A stretch of DNA of 63,186 bases, counting the filler, from Saprolegnia diclina VS20 (lineage: Eukaryota), in the NCBI RefSeq assembly GCF_000281045.1. It is 6 parts of 3 records of this genome, joined end to end, with 100 filler letters (N's around TTAATTAATTAA, not from the genome) between each part and the next. Parts side by side here need not be neighbours in the genome. Positions count along the whole stretch, not along the records: positions 31,486 to 54,695 come from NW_008246133.1; positions 54,796 to 56,582 come from NW_008246133.1; positions 56,683 to 62,023 come from NW_008246134.1; 3 more parts are not named here. The stretch is one strand, 5' to 3'. The notes beneath the pieces are model-generated. The model was not told the origin of the DNA and searched no databases. It saw nothing but the letters and a program-made list of their open reading frames with translations. A program made the position numbers and the translations under genes. This document shows, one piece after another, positions 50,599-62,123 of this stretch; the stretch's first letter is position 1, and the number at the start of each line of letters is the position of its first letter.

Positions 50599-51916
50599 AT
50601 GACCATGGATGATGCCACCGCCTTGGCCGACGACGAGGCCATGTGCATGGCACACATCTCGGCCTTCCTTGCGACGACGCCCGACTTTGGCTTTGGTAGC
50701 AGCTCGTCGCCAACATCTAGCGATACCAGCCTCTCGCGCCCAAGCGTCGACAACCTACGGTCGACGAAGCGCAGCCGCCCCAAGGATGAGATGGCGCGCC
50801 TGCAGGCCACGCACGTCGAGCTCGAGCGCCAGCTGCAGCTCTTGCAGCTATTGCGCCGGCCCCAGAGAACGCTCACGCCATGGCAAGCGCGCGCCCGGCG
50901 CGTGGCCGAAGCTGCCCAACGGTCGCTGCAGGAAAACAGCCGCCTGCGAAGGCTCATCGACGACCAGCGCAAGGTGCTGGATACACTGGAGCGTGCAGTG
51001 ACCAAGCGGCCGCGCTGTGCACCGCTGGACAGCACCAGCGACGGAAGCGCCGTGGCCAAAATTCCGCAACTTGTGCTCGACCACTACGACAAGATGGAAT
51101 CTGAGTGGATCCGGCGTCGGCTCTACGATGCCAAGGCGCCATTACGGCAAATGACCGTCGAGCGCAGCGCCGTCGACGGAACCATGAGGAGCTTCAGTAT
51201 GGTCGCGAAAATGAGCGCACCGCTCGACTACACGTCCCTTGGCGATCTCTTTTGGACGCACAAGACGGGCTTCCTTGGCCCGTCGTGCACGGTACACCTC
51301 ACACCACGGCCGTTGAAAGATGATGGTGCTACTTGTCGACTAGGTGCAGCACACAATCACGGACGACGTCGTATGTACGCGGTGCGTCAAAACATTTGGC
51401 TCGTGGTAGCTCTAAAGGAGCATGGCTTTAGAGAGCTCATCCACCGACCCGACGTGCCCGAGCTCGTGCTAGAGACACACGATTGTTTGGGTCGCTTCCA
51501 CGAGCCAGGCCGGATGGTGATGGTGTGGCGAAGCCTCAGTGCAAACGAAACGATCACGCGCCATGGTGCTGATCATCTTGTGGGCCACCGCTGGGGCTGG
51601 TACAATGCGAGTGACGGCGGAGCATTGAGCTGTTGAACTTTGTAGGCTCATGGTCGAGCAAATATCCAAGTTTGAGTCTCTTGTCCAGTGCAGCATGACG
51701 ACACGGGTACCGGCACAAAAGGAAACCCCCACCGCTGTCGCGCCCGCGTGGGTTGAGTGGCTCTTGCAGTTTTCACAAACCAGCAAGGACACGTTTGGCG
51801 GTGCCATGGAGACCGCGCTCTTTGCGCGCCGGGAAGAGCTCGGCCTTTCCAACGACTCGATCAATATCCAAGTTCTGATTGCGCACCCGACTCTGCACCG
51901 CGAAGAGGTCGTGTGA
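50599..51916 (+). CDS. Basic/zipper + START-like family, copy 11
   Basis: 'ISAFLATTPDFG', 'KRSRPKDEMARL', 'RMVMVWRS' and 'HRWGW'. Confidence 0.85.
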
Positions 51917-53058
51917 CAGCACTTTGCACTTTGCACTTTCACGAACCACACCTCCCACAAGAATTAGGTAGAAATTGTAGGAGGGTAATTCCAGATCACA
52001 ATGTACGCCATCCTTTCAATCGACTTGGTATGACTGCCATTTGCGCGCAACTCGAGCCTCGCTGGTGTGCACCACTCCGTCTGCTGAATGGCCATCGTAG
52101 TGACTCTGATTGACATATAGAGACTGTGGCAACACGACACTCGCCGGCTGCAAGTACGTTGTTGAGCGTACTATACGATCAGCCAGAATCTCAAAGCTGC
52201 AGTGCGATCATGGGATCAAGGTCGAGCGAATGTCGAGACACATCGATTCCCAGGCACCACTCGGATCGCGCGCCAATTCGCGTGCACGGGCGGCTGCAAT
52301 GGCAACAACGTTGTACATGTTGTTGCTGCTGCTACTACAAACGCACAAGCTACGGCGGTGGCGACTCGAGGCAGTGAAGCAACGGCGCGAATGTGGCGGC
52401 GGAAATGACGGCGCTTGGCGAAATCTTGCGCGAAACGGTGCGACGTAGCAGCCGACGCCCTCGGACTTCGCCGGATGCAATTGCCGAGCTCGTGACTACA
52501 GTCATCACTTCCAACCATATCCGCTTCTCGCGTCCTCTTTCATGGAGCAGCAGGATCGCTCGTGTCATCGACACCACTGCAGTTTTGGCGTAGCTGGCGA
52601 GCAGCTTGCACTAACCAAGTCCTTGATCGTCTTCACGCGAGGACGTCCACCCACCTGTACACGCCCAATGGTCGCTGTCACATCCACGCATCCCGGCTGT
52701 TGGGTATCCTCCTCTTGAGTCAAGAGGAGGCTGCGCATCGAACCCGTTCGTTCGTCGGCCTTTCTAGGTGACGAATGGTGGTCGAGTTGGCTAAAAGGCC
52801 TCTGTGTACACGACGCTGTGTACAGCACTTCCGTGAAGGCTAGCCATTGTGGACAAAAGTGTCCTGCGACGGCAGAGCGATGCGCCATAGGTTCAGACAA
52901 CGCCACCCGATTACGACGCCCCGACGTACGCGTCATCGGCCTTTGCCACGTGGGCGACGTCATCCGCCAATCCCGGGCTCGAGGAATGATGGTCTCGGCC
53001 TTTTTCATCGAATTCGGCGCAATGGCAAAGTCGATATCGTGCCACAGCAGCATATTCG

Positions 53059-54422
53059 ATGGCCGACGCGTACTACCCGATGGAGATCTTGGAGGTGTTC
53101 CCGGACGAGGACGAGGCCACAAGCATGGCGCACATCTCGGCGTTCCTCGCGACGACCTCGGACTTTGGCCCGAGCTCGCCCACGACGTCGATCGACCCGG
53201 TACCCTCCAGCCCCAGCTCGGACGAGGCGCCGCCGAATCTGACCAACACAAAGAAGCGCACCCGGCGCGAGCGACCCAAGCAAGAGATCGAGTACCTCCA
53301 CGCCAAGCACGCCGACTTGCAGCGCCAGCTACAGCTCCTCCAGCTGCTGCGCGCGCCGCCGAAAGCATTGCAGCCGTGGCAAGAACGAGCGATGCGCCAA
53401 GCCGAGGCCGCCCAGCGCACATTGCAAGAGAACAGCCGCCTCAAAAGTCTCGTCGAAGACCAACTCAAGGTCATCAACACGCTCGAGCGCATTCTGACCA
53501 AGCGCCCGCGTCTATCGACGTTTGGCAGCAGCCATCTCGACGGCAAACATCCCGTGCTCGGCGTCGCCAACCACGAAGTGGACTTGGAGCAGCTTTTGCA
53601 GCAGCAGTACGACAAGATGGACTCGGAGTGGATCCGGCGCCAGCTGCACGATGCGACCGCGCCGCTCAAGCAAGCGACGCTCGAACGCAGCGCCGACGGC
53701 GACACGATTGGCCTCGGATTCGTTGCCAAAATGAAGATTCCGATCGATTTTCGGTCGATGGCCGACGTGCTCTGGTCGCACAAGACGGGCCTTCTCGGTC
53801 CCGCGTGCACAGTACGTCGTATCACAAAAGGTCGAAAACCCTAACCTCAAGGGGTAGGTGTTGCACACGTACCACCCGAACCTCGTCTACACTCAGTATT
53901 GTGGCACCTTGCAGCTCGAGATCTGATGAGAGCGACGCGTAGAGAGATCACGGCCCTTCCAGATGCTTCGATGCCGATGCTCGAGACACGCGATGGCGTC
54001 CGCCGCTTTGACGACGCCAACCGCGTCGTCATTCTGTGGCGCAGCATCATTGAAGATGAAGCAAACCCACATGACCCCGGACACCTCATTGGCAGTCGCT
54101 GGGGCTGGTACAATTGCATGTCTCTGCAATACATCGCTAATAGCTAGGTAGGTTGGTTGTTGAGCCCACGGGTCGCTTCGAGTGCTGTATGCAAGGCAGT
54201 ATGACGACGTTGACACCGACGTTCCCGTCGCATCTGGACGCTGTGGCGCCCGCCATCGGGACCTGGACCGAGCTCCTGCTGCAAGCGTCGCAAGAAAACA
54301 AGCAGAACTTTGGCGGCCTCATGCAAAATGCGGTCCTCGCACGTCGCCAGCAGCTCGGCTTGCCGATCGGCCCCGACATCTTTTTTGGACAAGACTGCCA
54401 AGCGCCCGTCGAAATCGTCTGA
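53059..54422 (+). CDS. Basic/zipper + START-like family, copy 12
   Basis: 'ISAFLATTSDFG', 'KKRTRRERPKQEIEYLH', 'RVVILWRS' and 'IGTWTELLL'. Confidence 0.87.
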
Positions 54423-54695
54423 GTGTTTCGAATGCGTGTAATGATTTATGTAGAAAAGTATATGCCATTGGACGCACATTCAGCGAGGGACAGGTTGAGT
54501 TTCTTCTGCTACTGCTAGCCACCGTAATTCAAGTTGAAATGACGCGGGCATGTCATATGCAAAGTGAGTGGAATTCTGGCGTTTTGCATAAGGTGGTGCA
54601 GTCCTATCGTTGCATAACGTCACATGAGATGAGTGGTCACGCACGACACTGGAGTGGGTGGCATGTTCGTGTCGCTGCCATACAACGACGAACGC

Positions 54696-54795
54696 NNNNN
54701 NNNNNNNNNNNNNNNNNNNNNNNNNNNNNNNNNNNNNNNTTAATTAATTAANNNNNNNNNNNNNNNNNNNNNNNNNNNNNNNNNNNNNNNNNNNN
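54696..54795. other. Assembly gap/linker
   Basis: N44-TTAATTAATTAA-N44. Confidence 0.98.
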
Positions 54796-56582
54796 AGCAT
54801 CGTTGTTGAAGTGAGTCGATTTATCTTAGATATAACTTATTATACTAGTACACCGAACCATTTTTGGGGTGGACTTTGGACTCCGAGCGTGTTGGGACTG
54901 ACGGCAGCCGCGGCAAGGCATTGCCGTGTTGAAGGCGAGGCGTATGGATGGCGCAAGCCGGGACGAGGTGGTTCCGAAGCCTGGCGTCGTGGCGCAGGGC
55001 GTTCATGTTGAGTGTCGTTGTGGAGGTCGCAGCATGACAAGGAACGGTGCATGATCCATCCCTTACCGAACGAGCATTTTGCAACGACTAGAGAGCTTTA
55101 GAGCTAGTAGGTTTGCAACCGTCTGCGCGTCGGCGAATGCACCATAAATGTTGCAATCTAAAATTTTATGGACACGGCGCGAGAGAAAAGAGAAGGAAGG
55201 AAACAGGTGCAGCCGCTGGGAAACCGGGCACTCGTTGTATGTTTAAGCTGCTACACACCAGCACTGCGCTCTCGTGGCTGGTAGCACGACAAGGGCCTTA
55301 TCCATAAATTAGACTTCAAATTTGTATTAACCAAGTAATTGCAACCCGACAAACTCTAGACCTACCCCTCTGAGCCTTTTTTTACCAATCAGATGGCTAA
55401 GAAATGATATAATCAATATGACTGGCGGAGACTTCTGGTTTCTGCACATTCATTGGACGCGACTTCTAATTTCCTGGCGAGAGTCTCAGTGCCTCAGAGC
55501 CACACAGAGATGGAAGAGCGCACGCGCAACGTCCGAGCGCGAGTCCGAGCGGATCGACCGGGCCCGAAGACTCGGGTCGTAGCACCGAATGGAGTTCCGG
55601 TCTGCATCCTCTGCGGCATCCGCCGGCAGCACACGGTGCACTGCCCGTACGCCCCGCGATCGCCGTCGTCTCGCATCCAAGTCGCACCTCTTTCGGCGGC
55701 ATCCGCGACGCCTTGACGACGATGCAAACGGCGCGCAAGGGCTTTTCATCCACTGTCAGCTCCCAACCGGCTGCGCTTGATACTGCTGCTGTACAGCGCG
55801 CTCAGCGTCTACCAGACCAAGGCTCTGTGGACGTGTGTCTCTGCGATGTGGCTCACATGCAGTCAAGTCAACTCATCGACGTTGAAGTAAACCGCGCGAC
55901 TACTTGCAACACACAAGTACGTCCCCCGACGACTCGGTGCAAGAAGCGCAAGCGCGATGACAAGAACATGCCCCGGCGTCAAGTCACCCTCAACAACTCG
56001 ACAAGTTGGCCGCCACGTGCGAAGTCGACCTCTACACGCGGTACCGATTGGACCGAGCGTGCAAGAAGGCATGCGACAGGACGTGTCCTCATCTTGTCGT
56101 CGCGAAGGTAGGCAAGCAATCATACCCGCCGTGTGCGAGAAGATGTGGTTGGCGGCAGGATCGAGATGCACAACGCCTGCAAAGCACATTATAAGCTACC
56201 ATAGTCATATATCGTATTCATCAGTCAATATATAAAGCTTTGCACAATCATCATGCAAGATTCGAGCACAGGTTGGTCGGAACTGATGACTGCGACGCGC
56301 TGAGCACGTGAGCAAGAGCCGCGGCGCGCTTCCCGGCTGGACACGTTGCCTGCGTCATGCGTCACACTATTAAGGTTCCACCAATAGAAAGCAGCGATTT
56401 ATGGCCCATATATGTCCCTCTCGCCCAATCAGATGATGCGACTTCTGTTTGGATGCAACACGTATGGAAGGTTCGCCTGCGCGTCGTGTGGATTCTGATA
56501 CGTTTGTACTCGGTGTAGCGGGGTAGGGTTGCATATATATAGTCTTCGGGCGAGACTTCGAAGGAGGGGACACCAGAGCCAG

Positions 56583-56682
56583 NNNNNNNNNNNNNNNNNN
56601 NNNNNNNNNNNNNNNNNNNNNNNNNNTTAATTAATTAANNNNNNNNNNNNNNNNNNNNNNNNNNNNNNNNNNNNNNNNNNNN
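56583..56682. other. Assembly gap/linker
   Basis: N44-TTAATTAATTAA-N44. Confidence 0.98.
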
Positions 56683-57190
56683 CCGGGAGCCGTGGTCGGA
56701 GCGCCAGTCGTCGTCGGCGACGGGGTCTTTGTGCAAGGAGCCGTGGTCGGAGCGCCAGTCGTCGTCGGCGACGGGGTCTTGGTGCAAGGAGACGTAGTCG
56801 GGGCGCTAGTCGTCGTCGGCGACGGGGTCTTGGTGCAAGGAGACGTAGTCGGGGCGCCAGTCGTCGTCGGCGACGGGGTCTGCGAACCGGGAGCCGTGGT
56901 CGGAGCGCCAGTCGTTGTGGGAGCCGGGGTCTTTGTGCACGGCGCGGTAGTCGGAGCGCCAGTCGTCGTCGGCGACGGGGTCTTGGTGCAAGGAGCCGTG
57001 GTTGGAGCGCTAGTCGTCGTCGGCGACGGGGTCTTGGTACAAGGAGCGGTAGTCGGGGCGCTAGTCGTCGTCGGCGCAGGCGTCGTTGTGCACGGCTTGG
57101 GCGTTGTCGGCGCAGGCGTTGTGGTGCACGGCTTGGGCGTTGTGGGCGCAGGTGTGGTCGTGCACGGCTTAGGGGTCGTCGGTGCCGGCG
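56683..57190 (-). repeat. Coding tandem repeats: ~3x 36 nt (PTTPKPCTTTPA) then ~8x 51 nt (PSPTTTGAPTTAPCTKT)
   Basis: Directly visible periodicity in both DNA and translation. Confidence 0.92.
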
Positions 57191-57398
57191 TCGGCGTCGA
57201 CGGTTCTGGCGTCGGGTACATCTCGTACGACTCGGTGCCCACTTCGAAGCCGCTGTAACCATCATCGATGATCTCAGTGTTCTCGACGTCGCCGTCGACG
57301 TCAGTGTCGAACTTGAAGAGACCGTTGCGGGCCTGCGACTCGGCCGAGACAGCGGCAACGCCGAGCGCAGCCATGGCAACAACAGCGGCGATCTTCAT
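56683..57398 (-). CDS. Secreted Thr/Pro-rich mucin-like protein, 3' end lost in gap
   Basis: Signal peptide MKIAAVVAMAALGVAAVSA, a short acidic segment, then tandem repeats running into the N gap. Confidence 0.88.
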
Positions 57399-57427
57399 GA
57401 TGCGTAGAGAGACTTTGCTGCGAAGCG

Positions 57428-57444
57428 AAAGTTGGAAAATGAGC
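57428..57444 (-). promoter_or_regulatory. Oomycete Inr(+FPR)-like core promoter of mucin gene
   Basis: Minus strand GCTCATTTTCCAACTTT, ~30-45 nt upstream of ATG 57398. Confidence 0.5.
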
Positions 57445-58762
57445 ACGGAGCGCAGCGCCCGAGCGCCGTCCGTGTGTTTGTTACCGCACAAACACGTGGG
57501 ATGTCCGAAGCACGAGCGTCGTGGCGCGCGTTTTATCGCGAGCTCTTGGGCGCTGTATACGAACGGTATATTATTTTGCGCTTCAACTTGGTACGGACGA
57601 CACACGGCTGCGACACGTGCGCCTTTCTGCGCCAACGGTACGGGGATCTCTACCACAGTGGGTTCAAGCTGCCCCTATACAGTCCCAACTTTCCGACGGT
57701 AGAGTCGTCGACGTTGTTCGGCGCGCCGCTTTCACACCACCAATGCAGCTCTGTCTTTGGCACATTGCGTACAGGCGCCTTGCTCGTCTCGATCAATGGA
57801 AACGGTCGATCTACGGGCATGTACTGTATCGGCCACGACTTTGGGGCTAAGCAAACCGCCAGTGCAGAGGTCGTGGGTGACGACGTGCACATCACGGTCG
57901 CGCTTGGCGTCATCAACGGCGCCGAGTTCTTCGTCCTGGTCCTGCTCAAATGTAACGACATGCATACGGTCCATGTCGGCGTTTGTTACTCGGACCTCGC
58001 TTTCTCGCAAACGTCTCAAACGGCGCTTCTTACGCTCTCTGTCACATGGAGACATCATTTAATGGAGCGGCTGCTTCGATTGGAGACAGTATTGAGAACA
58101 AGAGTGTCCTCGCCGTTACATCCTGGGTGGATCCGACAACAAACGGACGGCTCCAACACGCCGGATCTGCGATCGAACACGCCGAGTGTCAATGGGCGAC
58201 GCCAATGCAGGCTACGAACAGCGGACAATGCGGAACCGATAGGTGGGCAGAATCCATCCCCGGCTCTGCATGCGAGCGCTTGCTTCGGGTTGTCAGATCA
58301 AGCCATCTCATTTCAGATCGTGCACGTGGATGTCAATGGCGACCTCCTCTTTCCTGCCGTTTCCACCCGCGATTATGCGCAATGCAAACCTGGCGTGCGA
58401 TACACGACCGTACACTTGAAAATGGTAGGCGGCGGCTACACGCAAAGGTAGCCAAACGGCGCTGCAGCTGCGACGGCGCTTGGTCGGGTGAGATGCGGCG
58501 TAGCTTGCCGGCGTCCACTCCAACCACAGGCTTGGCCACAAAATATAAGCAGCTTCTCCAATGGCAGAGGCTTTGCTTCTCTCCAAGCTTGATTATACAT
58601 GGTGGTGCATATTTCGAAGGACAACAATCATCCCAGCTCCCATTCCACTGCTGCGCACAGCCCCAAGGGCGGAAACCAGTTGGCCCATCTCGTTTTAAAA
58701 TGATTCTCACTCTCAAGGTATATTTGTGCGTGGTTGTAGAAAAATGAGCGGAATGTTAACCT

Positions 58763-59980
58763 CTACGACGACGCAATCGTCGTGGCTTGGACGTCGATCT
58801 TGGCCTGCGACTGCGCCGAGATGCCGGCCATGCCATGCGTCTTCTGGAACTTGGGCAGCCAGTTGGCGAGGAACCACGCGTTCATGTCCTTCCACGCATC
58901 GTCAAAGGCCACGATGGGCTGAAACGCGAGGTCGGTCGTCGCCGCCGCAATGTCGAACCACCGGTGCATTGTGAGCACGCGCACGGTGAACGGGTTGAGC
59001 TTGATGCTACGGCCCGTGACGTACGAGATGGCGCTCGACGCATACGCGACGGGCCAGAGCACCCACGACGGCAGCTTGAACTTCTCCCAGAGGCTCGGGA
59101 AGCCCATCGCAATGACGGATTCGTCGACGACCTTCCAGAAGTACGCGTATCCCGCGGGGCTCGGGTGCGTCGCACCGTCGGTCACAATGTAAAACTTGCC
59201 GGCGGCCTTCCCGCCGGGCACAAGCGCGCGCTCGCCAATGATGAGGCCGTGGGCGTAGTTGTCGACGTGCGTGAAGCACACCTTGTTGAAGCCATAGCCC
59301 GTGCGGCCGGACGAGAAGATGCGGAGCGACCCGTTGCCGCCGGCTTCGAGGATGTTGGGCATGAAGAGGTTGTCGCGCGGGCCGTAGACCTGGTGCGGCG
59401 CGATCGCGACCGTGAGCAGCTCGTCGCAGTTGGCCTTGAGCATCTCAATCTCGCCCATGGCTTTCGTTGCGGCGTAGGCCTGGAGGTACGACGCCTGCGG
59501 CAGCGTCGGCATCTCGTCTTCCGTGAGCCCGTCAATGTCCGAGCCGTCAAAGCGCGTCGACGGCGACGACGACATGACGATCTTCGGCACCTTGTGCGCC
59601 TTACAGGCCTCGATGACGTTGAGCGTGCCCTGGTAGTTGACGCGGTAGTAGAGCTCGGTCGGGTGGAACGGGCCAACGGCTGCGGCCAAATGCCACACGC
59701 AATCGGCGCCCTCGCAGACCGCCATGACTGCGTCCTTGTCGGCAATGTCACCGACAACGTACTCGATGCTCGGGTGTTCCCAGAAGCCATTCGCCGGCTT
59801 GGGCACAATGTCGAACGAGATGACCTTGGTCGCGCCACGCTCGACGAGCATCTCGACGACGCGCTGGCCGACAAAGCCGGTACCGCCCGTGACGACGCAG
59901 ACGCTGGGCACAGGCGGGTACTCGCGGTTGGCGGCCTGGACCTGGAGCGGCGAGAGGAATGGAGACGGACCGACGACCAT
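58763..59980 (-). CDS. 3-beta-hydroxysteroid dehydrogenase / sterol-4-alpha-carboxylate 3-dehydrogenase (NSDHL/ERG26-like extended SDR)
   Basis: 'VVTGGTGFVG' Rossmann motif, 'VWHLAA', 'VNYQGTLNVIEAC', catalytic 'YAATK', 'PHQVYGPRD' and 'GKFYIVTD'; intronless. Orthology to NSDHL itself not established. Confidence 0.88.
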   Translation of the reverse strand: MVVGPSPFLSPLQVQAANREYPPVPSVCVVTGGTGFVGQRVVEMLVERGATKVISFDIVPKPANGFWEHPSIEYVVGDIADKDAVMAVCEGADCVWHLAAAVGPFHPTELYYRVNYQGTLNVIEACKAHKVPKIVMSSSPSTRFDGSDIDGLTEDEMPTLPQASYLQAYAATKAMGEIEMLKANCDELLTVAIAPHQVYGPRDNLFMPNILEAGGNGSLRIFSSGRTGYGFNKVCFTHVDNYAHGLIIGERALVPGGKAAGKFYIVTDGATHPSPAGYAYFWKVVDESVIAMGFPSLWEKFKLPSWVLWPVAYASSAISYVTGRSIKLNPFTVRVLTMHRWFDIAAATTDLAFQPIVAFDDAWKDMNAWFLANWLPKFQKTHGMAGISAQSQAKIDVQATTIASS

Positions 59981-62023
59981 GATGGTGCTGATATTGATGC
60001 GCACGGGAGAGGAGGCAAGAGTTCACTTCGCACGGCTCGTGTGACTCACGCTGCCCGCCCATTACGAGAATACGGATAATACGTCCGATATCCGGATAGA
60101 CAGCCGTACGCGGGTCCATGCAGCGGTCGCGTCATTGCGACTGCGACTGCTGGGACAGCACTGCTATGGACGTGCTTGCGATGGATAATAAACGCTGCCA
60201 CGACGTTCGAAGATCCTCCCATGCAGATTGGTACTGACAACAGCGCGCTTGTTGCGGGCAACCTGCAGTTTGAGTTGACAGAGTTGCCGCAGAGTTGAGA
60301 GTCTTGAAATGCACTTGCGTCGCTCCTTGATGCCATGCTCGCCTGCTACCCCTTGCATCCTCGCAGCAGGTCGCATCGTCTCTTTGGTATGCGCTTCGGG
60401 ATATACTGACCTATCAGTACGATACTTGTGATCGCCCAGCCATCGCCTTCGCATACACAATGTTGCTTGGACCAGCTCGTGCGTACCATGGCACTTGAAG
60501 CGTCGCTGGATCTACGTTAGCGAGTGCAAAGACGCTTTGGCTGCGCTGTATGGCGTAACACCATCGTCCGTGTACGCCCAATTCCTACGATCATTGCGGT
60601 GTCGCTCGGTTCTGGATGGACGTAGTGGCTTGGAGCACGCTCAACCACACAATGCCACGGCACACGTCAAAGGCATGGACTGCCAAGGACATTGGCCACG
60701 CGGTCGAGGGCCATAGCAAGAAGCTTGCAATGCTCTACTGGCAGACCACGATATGGCAGCACCGACGGCAGTAAAGTCAAAGCACGAATGCCCGTGGTAG
60801 AGCTCCATCGTACTCGTACTACACGACATGCTACGAGGTCACCAAGCTGGTCGGCGAATATGTTCCATCGTCATTGCAGGCACGGCGACCGACGCTCATC
60901 AGTGCACTGTAGAGACAGCCACATCATCTTCGACCACAAGCGCCATCATGTCATCAAGGATCGCTTCGCAGACAGCGCCAAGGCCATCCTTCAAAAATGT
61001 CTTCTTGCTCAAGCATCGTACGCTGCGGTGCGCGCTCTCATACTTGCTAAATGTGGCATACCGGCTTGGCCAGACCGAGTCTTACTTCGAGGTGTTGTTG
61101 CGCGGCGTCTTCAAGTGAGATCTTGGGTCTGCACTGCGGCGCAACTGCATTCGGAAGCAACGGACGGACACAGACGTACAGTTTCAGACGTACGGACTGG
61201 ACAACTTTGCAGATCTCTGAGCCGCCAGGAGAGCATATGATGCCCTCCTGGCGAGCACCCAAGGACCGCGACGACCTTCTCGTGCATCGACCATCGTGAT
61301 TGTTCATGCATCTCATGCGGGCTGCGTCGTAGGCTTCGCTGAAGAGGGCTGCACTGGTGCCATGAATCGGCCAAGCTCCTTGTATCTTCTTTGGCAGACG
61401 CTCGTCAACGACGTTCCACAGCGATCCTTTGGGCACGCCGTGCTCTTTATCGATTTCTACTACTATCACGTGCAGTCGATCCCTCGGCGTACGAGTTGTT
61501 TGGGCGCCCGTTCACTTGTCGTCTCGGTTCCAGCACGTCCCTGGCGCATCCCGTGTGCGACTGCGACGTCGCTTTGCCACGGCGTCGTATCGATCTGGTT
61601 ACAAACAGTACTTGACCAATACTGAAGTATCTTGGTCGCTCGTCGTCGTCATCACCGTTGCCTAGCACACATCGCAGACGCAACTTTGCTCTTTGGTAAG
61701 CGAGGCTCGCAGAGAGAGTGGCGCGTCCCGACTGAACGATCCAGCAGCCAGCATCTCCTTCGCGTTGCCGTGGCTTTAGTTCAGAGAGCACGCGCCTGCT
61801 TCCTCATTGCATGGACGTTGTGAACCATGTTAAGACCTGTCGCCTTTCGCAAGTTCTCGATCTATCCCATTGGCGTTGCTCGACCACGTGATCATGCACA
61901 AGCTCACGTGCCAAACGTGGTGGGCAGTCTAGGATACTAAGAGGACATAAACTCAATTGAGTTCAGGTGCTCGTAAGGTTACGCATGATCAAACGTCGGC
62001 GGATGTCCAACCGACCTCGTGCC

Positions 62024-62123
62024 NNNNNNNNNNNNNNNNNNNNNNNNNNNNNNNNNNNNNNNNNNNNTTAATTAATTAANNNNNNNNNNNNNNNNNNNNN
62101 NNNNNNNNNNNNNNNNNNNNNNN
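62024..62123. other. Assembly gap/linker
   Basis: N44-TTAATTAATTAA-N44. Confidence 0.98.

Noticed and set aside
57432..58747. 339-aa and 254-aa ORFs between the mucin and 3-beta-HSD genes
   Set aside because: Non-ATG starts and no motifs; only a ~25-codon patch near 57890-57955 looks coding, at best a remnant.
22451..62123. Five identical TTAATTAATTAA motifs within N runs, and ORFs ending 'XXX..LIN'
   Set aside because: Artificial six-frame-stop scaffolding linkers, not biological repeats.
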